64,000 bases of DNA from NCBI GenBank assembly GCA_950097015.1, contig CATNEN010000041.1, forward strand, positions 62,001 through 126,000. Reading direction: 5' to 3'. The notes under the pieces are model-generated. The model made no database searches. It was not told the DNA's origin and saw only the letters and a program-made list of their open reading frames with translations. Positions 36,809-48,406 of this stretch are shown here, one piece after another (within the stretch, counting starts at the first letter, position 1; each line of letters opens with the position of its first letter). The stretch comes from Macrostomum hystrix. Taxonomy: Eukaryota; Animalia; Platyhelminthes. Both the position numbers and the translations under genes were made by a program.

Positions 36809-38206
36809 TCAGGACGGCTTGGTGACCATGAGCGCGGCAGACGGGCAGAGGTCCAGGGTGTACAGTGGCTTCTCCATGTCATCGGCGGTGAACACCCGCT
36901 TAGGGAACAGCGTCATCAGGGCGAAGTCTTCATCGGCTCTACCATCTGCTCGATGCGTTCGAACGTAGCAGGCGACGGAGGCGAGGCTCTCCTTGGCGCT
37001 GAACTGGGCGGTGAGCGGCTGGCCGCCGCCGGGCAGACGGATCTGGAGACGGCACGTGTCGCTCTCGGAGGCGGCGGTGGCAGGCGCCTTCGGCAGGCTG
37101 GGCGCGGCAGGCGCCACTGCGGCGCGCTTCTCCTCGGCTTCGCGGGCCTCGAGGTCGGCGCGATCCTGGGCGTAGCGCTGGCGAATGCGCGCCAGGTACT
37201 CGCGCTGCTCCTCCTTCTCGCGCCGGCGCGCCTCCGCCTCGCGCTTCAGCTCCAGCTCGGATGCCTCCTCGCGCCACTTCGTCAGGCCCTTGCCGTCTGT
37301 GCGCCGTTTCCGCTCCCGCTCAAGCTCCGCGCGCCGCTCCTCGGCCTCCCGCTCCTGTCGCTTGGCCTCCAGCTTGGCCTCCAGCTGTCGAAGCTGCTCC
37401 GCCTTCTCTTCGGCTGTTAAGGCGCGCACCTGAGAAGGTGAGAGCGAAACCCACCAATCAGCTGCAGCCTGCCTCAACTGCACCAATCAGCAACAGCCTG
37501 CCTCAACTGCACCAATCAGCTGCAGCCGGTAACCAACAATCAGCTACAATCTCTAACACCCAATTAGTCATCTCTGAACTACTAGTGAGCGAATATCGAA
37601 GAGAGGGTACTCACCTCCTCGGTGGACTGTGAGAAGTTCGCGTGGCCGCTCTTGGCCGCGTGGAACTCGGCCTCAGCCGGGCTGCGGAACAGCCGGCCGC
37701 AGTCGTCGCACTTGAGCGATTTCGCATCGGCATCTGAAGGTTCATCCGACTGCGTCTGATCTACAGCGGCAGCGGCAGTCGCAGACTCGCTTACTGCTGC
37801 TGTTGGCTCCGCTTCAACAATCGGATCGTCAATATCGGGGTCCTCCTGGTGGCTTGACAGCCTGCAAGTGACGTCAGTTTTTTTGAAATGACACGAAAAC
37901 AAGGCAAACATGGCATGGAAATTCACAATTGACTTGAACTGCAGCAAACGGCATCAGCCAATAATTGTTGTTGGTCCTCACTTACCAGTCCATTGCAGCT
38001 TCAATCCCACGGTGGCCAGACTGCATTAAGGCTTTTTTTCTAAAAAGAAAAATGTATAGTTTAGCTAGTTACAGGCTTCTATTCGAGTTTCTACTCCAGC
38101 ATGAATGACAGTTATGTTTGCAATCCTGATGAAGCATAACTTACGCTCGGGTCTCAGTGAATCCCATCTCCAGCAACATGTTGAGTTCAGCACTGCTTGA
38201 TGACAT
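36809..38206 (-). CDS. UBXN1: UBX domain protein 1 (SAKS1): UBA - C2H2 - coiled coil - UBX, 327 aa
   Basis: Exons 38206-38145 (MSSSSAELNMLLEMGFTETRA), 38039-37986 (KKALMQSGHRGIEAAMDW), 37861-37615 (HQEDPDIDDP..KCDDCGRLF..HAAKSGH), 37429-36809 (CRLQIRLP..FPKRVF..LCPSAALMV). GT-AG boundaries with matching phases. Confidence 0.93.
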
Positions 38207-39638
38207 GTCTGCTCTGTTGCACAATTATTCAATTCACTAATTTTTGGGCGAATTCTGAAGTGCAAAAATAAACATTTTGGGTTGTTAAAAAATATCAGAA
38301 TACATTAGTAGATAGTTTTATTATTATGTGCACACTTTAAAAGTGCATATTTTTTTAAATGTATATTTGGCAAACATTAAACATGATATTTATTTGATTA
38401 AGTTAAATATTATACCAATATATCAATAGTAAGGTTATAAAAAGAACTGAAATTGGATGGATCTAAGTGAATCATATTGGTAATGCATAAATGGTAAAAA
38501 ATTAATGTAGAGAAACAAGCTTGGTCCACATCTAGCCATATTTGCTATTGTTTGGGATATTAAAAATACATGTTTCTTTACTATTTTTAGGGCAGCTGCA
38601 GACTTGCAATCTCTGTTAAGTTCTTTATGTACTTTGCTAGCTTTCCTGTCACCTCTACATTTTCTAGTTACCATTAAGAAAATTCTTTTGTTTTCTGCTG
38701 TGAGACTACAAAAGTTTTTCACTATGGATGAAATATGTCCAAAAAAATTCCCCTGAAAACCTTATAAGGATCCCACTTACACTGGAAAATGTACTTAATT
38801 TTCTAACCCAAATAATGATGTGATTCTTTTTGTAGTTACTGTTATGCATAAATAGCTATAGCAATAAAATATATTAGTTTTATATTTTTAAGTTTCATAA
38901 AGATTTAGCTATTTAGCATTGAAATTTAAGCATTTGGTGTGATACCTAAAAGGTAGCATAAAAATATTAAGAATAGCTTAAGCCTACTTCATACCGTAAG
39001 AAAGTGTCTTACTTTTTAGCACTAAGTTTAATTTAGGCTTAGCTATACAGTAGAACCATTTGTTAAACTTTTTTGTCTCTAACAATTTAACTTCATTATA
39101 TATTTAGAATGTTAAAGTACAAAACATGCTAAGAAATCAGTAGTTTAACATGTAGTGGCAGCTAAACTTTTTGCTATCCTCATTATTAAAATACACAATA
39201 CAACAGTACAATATGAAAATGTTAATTTGTGAGCTGATCTAGCATTAAAATATTTCTACTGCCTATAAAGCCATGACAGCTTAGAGAAATTTTAATGGGA
39301 GGTGCAAATCAATGACTCAACTCTAGCTATATTGTTTATTTTTCTGACTTTGATTCTGTGCACTAAGTCTACTCTAGATGGCTAGATGACTTGAAGCCCA
39401 CAAGTCTGATTGTGCCAACCTGCAAATGTATGATCAGCTTTAAAGCAAGTGAACATAAAGATCAGCCTACATTTTACAAAGATGACTTATGATACTTAGG
39501 CTACAATGCCATACATTTGTGGCAACATACCACCTAATTTACAGGAGAAGGTGAATTAGGCCCCCTACCTCTGAGAACAGAGGAAAATCAGAGACAGAGC
39601 CATTGTTTAGTCAGGGATAGAGGTGCCAAGGACTCTAC

Positions 39639-40409
39639 CAAGGACCACTGTAGTATAACAGGATGGGAAACTCAAAGATCATGTAAATTTTTAGAAGGCC
39701 GATTTCCTGGAAAAAATACACTGCGGAGATTGGAAAAAGTCATTTTTTCAGCACATAATCAACTATAGTTTTTGATCTGGAGCAAGTAAAAATCCGTTTA
39801 TCTTAGTACAGCATGCCCAACATTAAGCTCCATTGTTTTTATATAGCTTTGTTTATAAAAGTCTTATTTTCATATATTTATATTATATAATAGTGTCTTG
39901 AATCTATATAGACTATAGGGGCCTAGACTAGCACATTTAATAGCTCAAAATATGATAGCTAAATATTCTCAATTTGGCCTAAATTGTTTGAATTAACATA
40001 TTAGCTAAATAGTTTGGCAAAACTAACAGCCAAAAAAAATTAATTAACTTACTTGGTTGCATTTAAATCATTTTGAAATTTGTTGTACCTTATAGCTATA
40101 TAGTTGCTACTGATATACTTATAGTAAGTAAATTTTTTTGGCTATTAGTATGAAAATATATGATATGAAGTTAGATATGAAAATAAGACTTTTATAAACA
40201 AAGCTATATAAAAACAATGGAGCTTAATGTTGGGCATGCTGTACTAAGATAAACAGATTTGTACTTGCTCCAGATCAAAAGCAATTGTTGATTATGTGCT
40301 GAAAAATGACTTTTTCCTATCTCCGCAGTGTATTTTTCCAGGAAATCGGCCTTCTAAAAATTTACATGATCTTTGAGTTTCCTGTCCTGTTATACTACAG
40401 TGGTCCTTG
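39639..40409. mobile_element. Foldback/MITE-like element with about 235-bp terminal inverted repeats
   Basis: 39639-39875 is the near-perfect reverse complement of 40175-40409 (caaggaccactgtagtataacagg ... cctgttatactacagtggtccttg), with an about 300-bp AT-rich spacer. Confidence 0.85.
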
Positions 40410-40500
40410 ATATCTACAATGAAATTGTGACATTGAATTGGTCAGTGATATTTTATTGTTTGGTCTAGACATACATAGTCTATCCTGGGCAGGAAGTCCA

Positions 40501-42517
40501 TCTATATATATAAAAGTGAAAACTCTGTCTGTCTGTCTGTCTGTGTGCAACCTTTTGTCTTTATAGACGCCGAAACCGCTCAACCAAATCGCACCAAACT
40601 TTGCACATACCTAAAACCACCTACGCTGAGTGCAATAGGCTACTCAAATTCCCGAAAAATCATTTCCTTCCTGCTCAAAAGTGCAAAAAACTGCTCAAAA
40701 ATCGTCAAAAAATCACTCAATTCGACATATCGTCGCCCCACTTTGTCAGATTTTCTCCAAATTTGATCCACTTACACTTTACATGTTTTCCAACAATGCT
40801 ATCAATTTTGAACATTTCTACTCAATCCAGAGCAAAGCTGCATCATCTCAAAGTGAGTCACTTTTTGTTTTCCGAGGACAGCCACCCCAACTCCCCTCCG
40901 CCACTCTGCGGGCCAAATTTTATTACAGCCACCCCCTCCCTTCCCCGGGCGCCGAAGCCCCAGACTGTACATTGTATTTCAAGCCGTGAATGTACACAGC
41001 CCAAACCCCTAGACTGTCTACTGGCCCCCAAGCAGCACTGAGACTGAGTGCGGTGGCGTCCCAGTGCGCAGGGCGATATTTCTCTCCAGCCAGCCTGGGA
41101 TAGAAGAAAGAGAGAGGCTGGCGATCAACTGATGGGTGGTGTCACTCTGCTGCTGTCTGGAGACTTTAGACAGACGCTGCACTCCTTCCGCGTGGCACTC
41201 CTGCTGATGAGATTAATGCTTGCCTAAAATCATCTCACCTGTGGTCAGAGAGGGCAATTCTGTGTCCTAGAAATGATGCCGCCAACGAAATTAACTACCA
41301 ACTCCTTCAGGAGTTGCCAGGTGCAGTTTTCACCTACAAGTCAATTGATACAACGTTGACTGATGACACCGCTGTGGAGTATCCTGTTGAGTTTCTGAAC
41401 TCTCTAGATCCTCCTGGAACTCCATCGCACAACTTGCAGCTGAAAGTTGGGGCACCAATTATGCTCCTCCGCAACCTGAATGCGCCAAGGCTGTGTAACG
41501 GCACCAGACTGATAGTCAGGCGGCTCTTCCCACACGTGATTGAGGCCATGATAATGACTGGATCTGGCAGAGGAGAGTCTGTGTTCGTTCCCCGGATTCC
41601 AATTATCCCCACGGACCTGCCATTTCAGTTCAAGCGACTGCAGTTCCCTGTGAGAGTGTGCTTTGCGATGACTATTAACAAGGCTCAGGGACAGTCGCTG
41701 AAGGTGGCTGGCATCAACCTGGAGACTCCTTGCTTCTCGCATGGGCAGCTTATGTCGCCTGCTCCCGTGTTGGAACTCCAGCTGGCCTATTCATTTTCGC
41801 ACCAAGGGGAAGAACGAAGAATGTGGTGTATCCCAGGCCTTGAGGTGACTCGCAAGCAATTAATAGAAAAGTAGTCACGAATTGACCTTGACCTGTCTAA
41901 CTCTGAACTCTGAAACAGTTTAATTTTGTTTCTTTGACATTGTTATTGTTATGTCATGGCTATTTTCCTTATGTATACGCGTGTACATGCATACTGTATA
42001 CAGAGGCAGATTTAGGGGGGGGGGGGGGCGGGGGGGGCAGTCGCCCCCCTAAATTTTAATCATGGGAATAAGATGCCCCCACCAGGGGCGCCAGTCGCAG
42101 CACTGGCGCCCCTTTTCGGCCGCTGGCGCCCCTTTTTCAGCCGCTGGCTCCCGTTTTTCAGCCGCTGGCGCCCTTTCTTGGCTCCTGGCGCCCTTTTTCG
42201 GCCGCTGGCACCCACTCTGTGTTTCTCATGGCGCTCCCCTGACAGACCGCCCCAAAACAAAATTCCTGGATCTGCCACTGACTGTATAGAGGAGTGGCTA
42301 AGAGACATGTTTCTAAAGAAGTAATCAAGAGGGGGCTGTTTGGACAAACTTTTCACTTATTTTTTACTTAAAACGCCCTTAAACAAACTCTTCACTTTTC
42401 ATTAATGCAGTAAATGAATATATGGTGACCTTCACTATAAAGTTAATACAGAGACGTGAATTGCTTACTGCTTTGCTTTAAATTTCTGCCCCAGAAACAA
42501 CGGGCAAAAAAAGCTAG
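40501..42517 (+). mobile_element. Non-autonomous Helitron carrying a PIF1-helicase C-terminal fragment
   Basis: 5' A|TCTATATATATAAAA plus (CTGT)n; 3' TGCCC..GGGCA hairpin then CTAG|T (42514-42517), i.e. an A-T target. Internal 41240-41850 encodes ERAILCPRND..LKVGAPIMLLRNL..LCNGTRL..KRLQFPV..AMTINKAQGQSL..FSHGQL(YVACSRV). Confidence 0.92.
42001..42280. mobile_element. hAT-type MITE nested in the Helitron
   Basis: Imperfect TIRs CAGAGGCAGATTTAG / CTGGATCTGCCACTG; 8-bp TSD ACTGTATA at 41993-42000 and 42281-42288. Confidence 0.88.
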
Positions 42518-44284
42518 TTTGATATATATCATTATTCAAAATACAACCAGCAATGATATGTATGATACAATATACAATTAATCAATGATACGATACCAGC
42601 AAAAGGGGGGCCTATTAATCATTGTTTTTTAAGATCTTTGGAACTGCCTAATATATGTTGTGCCAGGTTGTCAGAAGTTTTGGTGTTGATCAAATCAAGT
42701 TAACAAATTAAACATAAATTCACTGGAATTATGAATGCTATTTTGGACTTTGGTTGGCAGAGGAGCTGGTTTCATTTTCATCACTAGCTTTTTGCTCCAA
42801 CACCAATTCACCCACTATTGGATGGCAGATAAACTGATTTTAAATTTTGTCTGCTGAGCAGACAAACTGGCGGCAGACAAAACAACTGCCACCACATTAA
42901 AGAAAAGTCTGCACAAATTTGCACAAAAATCGGAAATGCTGCATAACCTGAATATAACCGTTTAAAAACTATACACATTTTCCTCAATTATAATCGTGCC
43001 ATATATATTTTTACGTAACTTGGAATAATTCTAACTTTTTCCAGGAATTCTCAAACTTAAATATACTTAAAACTTCAATGAACTTGTAGCGGACCTAAAA
43101 GCGAACATTTCGGCCAGTACTTTGCCAGGCCACTTGATCGCCATCGTTTCCCCCAAACCCTTGTTGACTTAGTTATCGTCTATGGTCCTTAGTCTGACGC
43201 ACAGTTGCGACTTAGATGAAGGCACTTGTCGCGCGAGTTTTGTTGTTTAACTTTCTGCTCGCAAGCTAGAGAGCTACCCACAAATATATGCTAGAGTTCT
43301 GATCCTCTACAAACTTCAATTAAACCATTAATTTAACTAATAAATAGCAATGTGAGACTGGCGTGAGATTCAAAATCGACAGCTATGTTATATAATAAAA
43401 GTATATAGCAGCCTGCCCACTAAGGAGCGCGATTACGCAGCGTGAATACAGGTGCGTGTGTTGCCCGCTTTCACAGCGGCGCCGAGACGACGAAGGATTC
43501 AGACTACCGCACCGAGCTCCTAAATTCTGGCGCGATGCCGAAAAAAGTTTTATTTGCACCTGTATCCTATTTGCAAGCGTATAATTCAGTTCAGGATTCC
43601 TAAGTCAGACAACTATAAATGTATTAACAATTTGTATCGCACGTACATCGCCGAATGCTGCCTCGGCACTGCCTGCAGTGTGCAAAGTCATGGCCGCGCG
43701 ACCAAGTTCCTTTGGCCCTGGTCCTCCTGCAACAGCCTACGTAGCGGAAGCGCCGAGGCCTTAAGGGCGAACTGTGACGCTGACTGACTGCTTTGTCATG
43801 CTTGACTAGCAGGCGCTGTGTCTCAGCTGTGACAACAGCCAACTGCCCCTCATGTCTGTTTCGCGTGTGCGCAAGAGCTCAATATAGCTTTTGCGAGTCT
43901 CTAGCTATAATTTTAATCTACACAAAGACTATTACAGTAATAAATAAAGTGCTACATAAACCATGGGATGAATATATATAATGTAATAACATTCTTATGG
44001 ACGCTTTTTTTTCGGTGTTGATGTACATAGCCTCAAAGCACTTGAAAAAAATGTGTGCTTTTTATAGCACAAGCGTAAAACTCCTGAAAAGTTTTGTGCG
44101 ACCATAGACGTCATTTTATCGTGAAAAGTTAAAATAAAATAAAACTTAAAATATAAAATAGAGTTCTAGAAAACGTGATAAATAGCGCAAATTTGTTGAA
44201 CATAACTGTGTTCAGATCTAAATAGAATAGGATTAGGTTCTGATATCGCATCTGATACATTTTACTAAGCTGATCTGAGCCCAC

Positions 44285-45759
44285 ATGTCGCAAACAATAG
44301 ACGAACCAATCGCTCGAAGTGCCTCTGATGCCTTGCTACTGTCACCGCGAGAAAGAACGAACGAGTCGAATACCGTTGCTAGCGATGACAACTGCAGTTC
44401 TGTTAATGAGGACAGAGGAAGCAGCAGAAGCAGCAGCATGGAGGGTGACAGTACTGGAAGCAGCATAGGAACCAATAGGAACCATAGGAGAGTCAGGACC
44501 AACTTCATGAGGACTGCGATATCGTCGCTGCGCCGACTCCATCGCCGACTATCGAGGAGGTTCTGGCTCACACGCCAGGGTTTACACGGCCAGAGGAGAC
44601 AACCAGGCAATTCCAACAATGCTGGCAGCAACGGCAGAAAAAGCAATGTCAGCAATACCAGGCAGACTGCACGGCATCGGAAAACTAGCAATGAGAGCAA
44701 CGGAAGGTAAGACATGTGTGGTCTGTCTTATTTGATTGAATACTCTGGATGAGGCTCCGGATGAGTTCAGAAGGATCGAGAGCCTAGTAGATATCACTCT
44801 CCTTCAGCCGCTAAACCATATCCCATTCCATATCCATTCCAGACTGCGGCTGAAGGCGCTGCGCACGATGCTACGCAGCCATGAAGCTGTCAGCAGCCAT
44901 ATCGTCAGCCGGGCTGCTGAAGCCGCCGCTCTGGAGGGAGGTGACGATGCGTCCCTAACCAGCGGTCCCAGTGTGTGGCATGGCGTTTTTAACAGTCTGA
45001 GCCCGACGGACACAGGAGGAGTGTTTTGCTCGCTTATGCTGGGGTTGATGCTGGCCCTGTGCTTGTTCTTCTGCACCGTGATTGCGCAGCCAAGACTGTG
45101 CCACTCCGTGCCGGAGATGCTCATATGGGGCATGGCGCAGGTCAGTTGTGCTTCGATAGTTACAAATGGATGTTGCTCTCCCAACTATTCATTATGCTTA
45201 GGTTAATAACTAAATTAACATGTCACTGCAGACCGTGAGTAGTTTGATCCTGAACTACGCATCCCTCCTGTCTGCCATCTGCCTCATGGCGCTTTTGCAA
45301 TGGCGTAAAGCACGAGCACGTCATGAGAGGCGCCTCCACCTGCGCCTACAGCGCGAATGGATGTGCCACGTGCGCGAAGTCTGTGAGGAGATGCAGCGTC
45401 GCGGTCAAATCGAACAATTCGAGCTGGATCAGAGGCTGAATCAACAATCGCAGATGCAACAGCAGCCAGGCGGCAGTTCGCATAACAACACAATTGGTTG
45501 CTATGACAGCAATGTCAGCAACGAGAGGACGGAGAAAATACGCAGAAGCAGTGCTGAAGCACTGGAGTTTCTGTCGGAGCTGGAGCAACTAGAGAACGTT
45601 GAACTGCGGCTGCAGCTGACAGACTCAGAGCTGGTGGAGCTGGCGTTGATGAGCCCGGAGAAGATCGGCAGCGCTTGGCTGAGCTCGGGCTGCCGGGCTA
45701 GCCTGTTCAGGGCGCCTGACCAGGAGGACACGGCCTATGCGCGGCTGCGGCTGCTCTGA
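44285..45759 (+). CDS. Hypothetical 415-aa protein with two predicted transmembrane segments
   Basis: Exons 44285-44706, 44843-45140, 45232-45759 join in phase via GT-AG sites (1248 nt). Hydrophobic stretches VFCSLMLGLMLALCLFFCTVIA and VSSLILNYASLLSAICLMALL. Confidence 0.7.
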
Positions 45760-48406
45760 CGCTTCGGCATCGTCCTTGCCTGTTCTGCCTGAACTATATG
45801 TCTCAGCATTCACCCACTCTGAGCCATTGTTCTTTTCGGCTCAATTTCCCGTTTGTTCAACTGCCTTCTATCCCAATACTCAAAGCTGATCGCGCTCCAT
45901 CTCACCTTCCATTCGATTGAAAAGCTGCCAATCACTAATCAAACGCAAAAATAAACCAGGTCTGCAGAACCCTCTTTAAGCGAAAATCCTTCCCCAGTTA
46001 TGAAGAACTAATTAGTTATGATTTAGGAGCTGATTTCAGAATTTAGCTTCGATTTTCCCATGGCCATATGCTGACTGGCTTGATAATACTGAGGGAGTCA
46101 GCAAGGGCCAAGCCGTGTGCACTATATAGCTTTAATTCATCTCAAAGCACCCTCAGTTCAACATATTCGAAACACGGAATCCAAGGTTACAGTGGGTAGA
46201 GCAATCACACGCTATACTGACCAATAACAAAATATGCTCACACTATTATATTCACCTGCTCTTCGTTAAAGCAATGGGATCAAGAAATCAATAAAAATAT
46301 TGATTTTATATTACATTAATGAAGTGCGCTGTTAGATAAAACAGTTGAAGGTATGCAGAGGTTGTGGCATGACTTCGTCATCTGAAACATTTTACGGAAC
46401 CGCCGTCGGATAGGTATAAGCACATTTACATAGAGTGTAGAGTATAGAGTGGACGCTATACTTGATTTTGTCATATATTTCCAATTCCCTGGTAGAGTTG
46501 TATAGCTCGGAAAAAATGCGATCATAAACGTAAGTTAATGATAATCGAAACACGGTAACACCGTAACGGTTTCTTGCTTTTCGAATCGGTATGCTTCATG
46601 GAAAATTCCCAAACAAAGTCGGATGAAACTTTAACCCGTCTAACTGTTACTATAATTATGTCGTAGGCCCTCTCTCTTTACTTTTTATTTCCTATCTGCA
46701 AAAACTGCAATATATTATAAATTTAGCTATTCTTATACTATTTATTTATCTCTGCATTCACTATGTAATGTGGTTACTCTATATAGCAATCTAACTCAGA
46801 ACGATATTGTCTACCTATGATAGCGATTTTGTCTCCGAGCGGCAAGACACCTTATAATAATTCCCTAAATGTACTGATTTTTAACCGATCCTATTGAGCA
46901 TCCAATGGATTAAATTTGTCTAATTCAACACAAATATTATTTTTATTGTTAACCTTTCCTATTCAGAACGCATTACTATTTTATTCTAAATCAGTAACCA
47001 ACACAGGAACAACCTCAATTTATTTCACTAAGTTCACTATTCTGCAGATCTATTTATTCCCCAGTTGGATTGGCCCATAGACCAGATAAATTTATTTATT
47101 TGGCCATTGAAATATATCTGGCCGCGACAGATAAACAATTATCTGGTCTGGTGACAATTATCTGGCTTCAACTGTGGAATAAATACATTATCACCCACTT
47201 GTTTGACTTATCTATGGCCGAAAATGTCTTCGGCTTCGCCTCGGCCAATAAACGAGTCCTCAGCTGTTCCCGACCAAAAAAAATATAAAAAGTGGGTGAT
47301 AACTTATACTTCTTCCTAACTCCACACTTTATATTTAGGACAACCAACGTTGAACTCTCTATGGCAAAATTCCACGATATATATAGTAGTTGAGCGGGGG
47401 TTGACAAGCGCATTTAAACAAATAAAATGTACGCAAAATAATGTTTGATATTTTGGCGTAAATTTAACTTCTGTATCTTATGGTAAAATATTTCTTGGGC
47501 GGGCCTCAATTATAATGTCTAAACATCTCTATAATTAATTCCACTATTCACCATTTTTGTCCCAAGTTGTTACTTTTCTTATTAAACTTAGCTTAGCTAG
47601 TACAATTTTAGCATATAATTTGTAGGAGGCAGTTTCTTTTCTTAATCTGGTCCTGTTCTTAGATTATTGCTTATTTCTCCAGTAAATTAAATTAGGTGTC
47701 CCCAAAATCAGAATTAAGAAATCCAAAAATGGTGCTATTCATCTCAAAGTAGGATTAAATCAAAATAAATGTTTTGGTAGTTATTACTTTTAGGGGATCT
47801 GTGTAGACACTGAAACAGACTGTGCCAATAGACCACAATTAGACAGTTAGACCACAATGGGACAGGACCTCAATGAAATACAGTGGGACCAAGACAATAT
47901 TCTTTGGTATCTTATTTTTTGACAATGCTTATTGGCACGATTCCATTCAAATAGTAACAACTTTATCCGCTCAGATCCCCACCAATAATATCCACCTAAT
48001 CTGCACAGCAGCTTGTTAGAATCGGCCACTACATTGTACATGTAAATGCCAGCTCTAAGAATGCCTTTGTAATCAATTTGGCAGTTTCTTTTTGTACTAC
48101 TTTATAGGGTAAAATAATTAAGTCTGATAAACATGTATTGTATTATATAGTCTATGTGTGTTAGTGTTAGTGTTAGTAGGCCATAAAAAGTTATATTAAT
48201 CATCATAGCATTGCTAATGTGGCACAGACACCAAAGCATCAATCAACAATAGTTATGTTAACATTTACAGAATGGGCTAGTCAGATTTTGTCAGAATACT
48301 TCCATTTCCATTTCAAAAGGTTTGCTACAAAAATATTTAAGGGTTACAGTCTTAATATGGTCTACAAGACCTCTACTGTGAAAGTTCTTGCACCTGTCAT
48401 TTCCAG

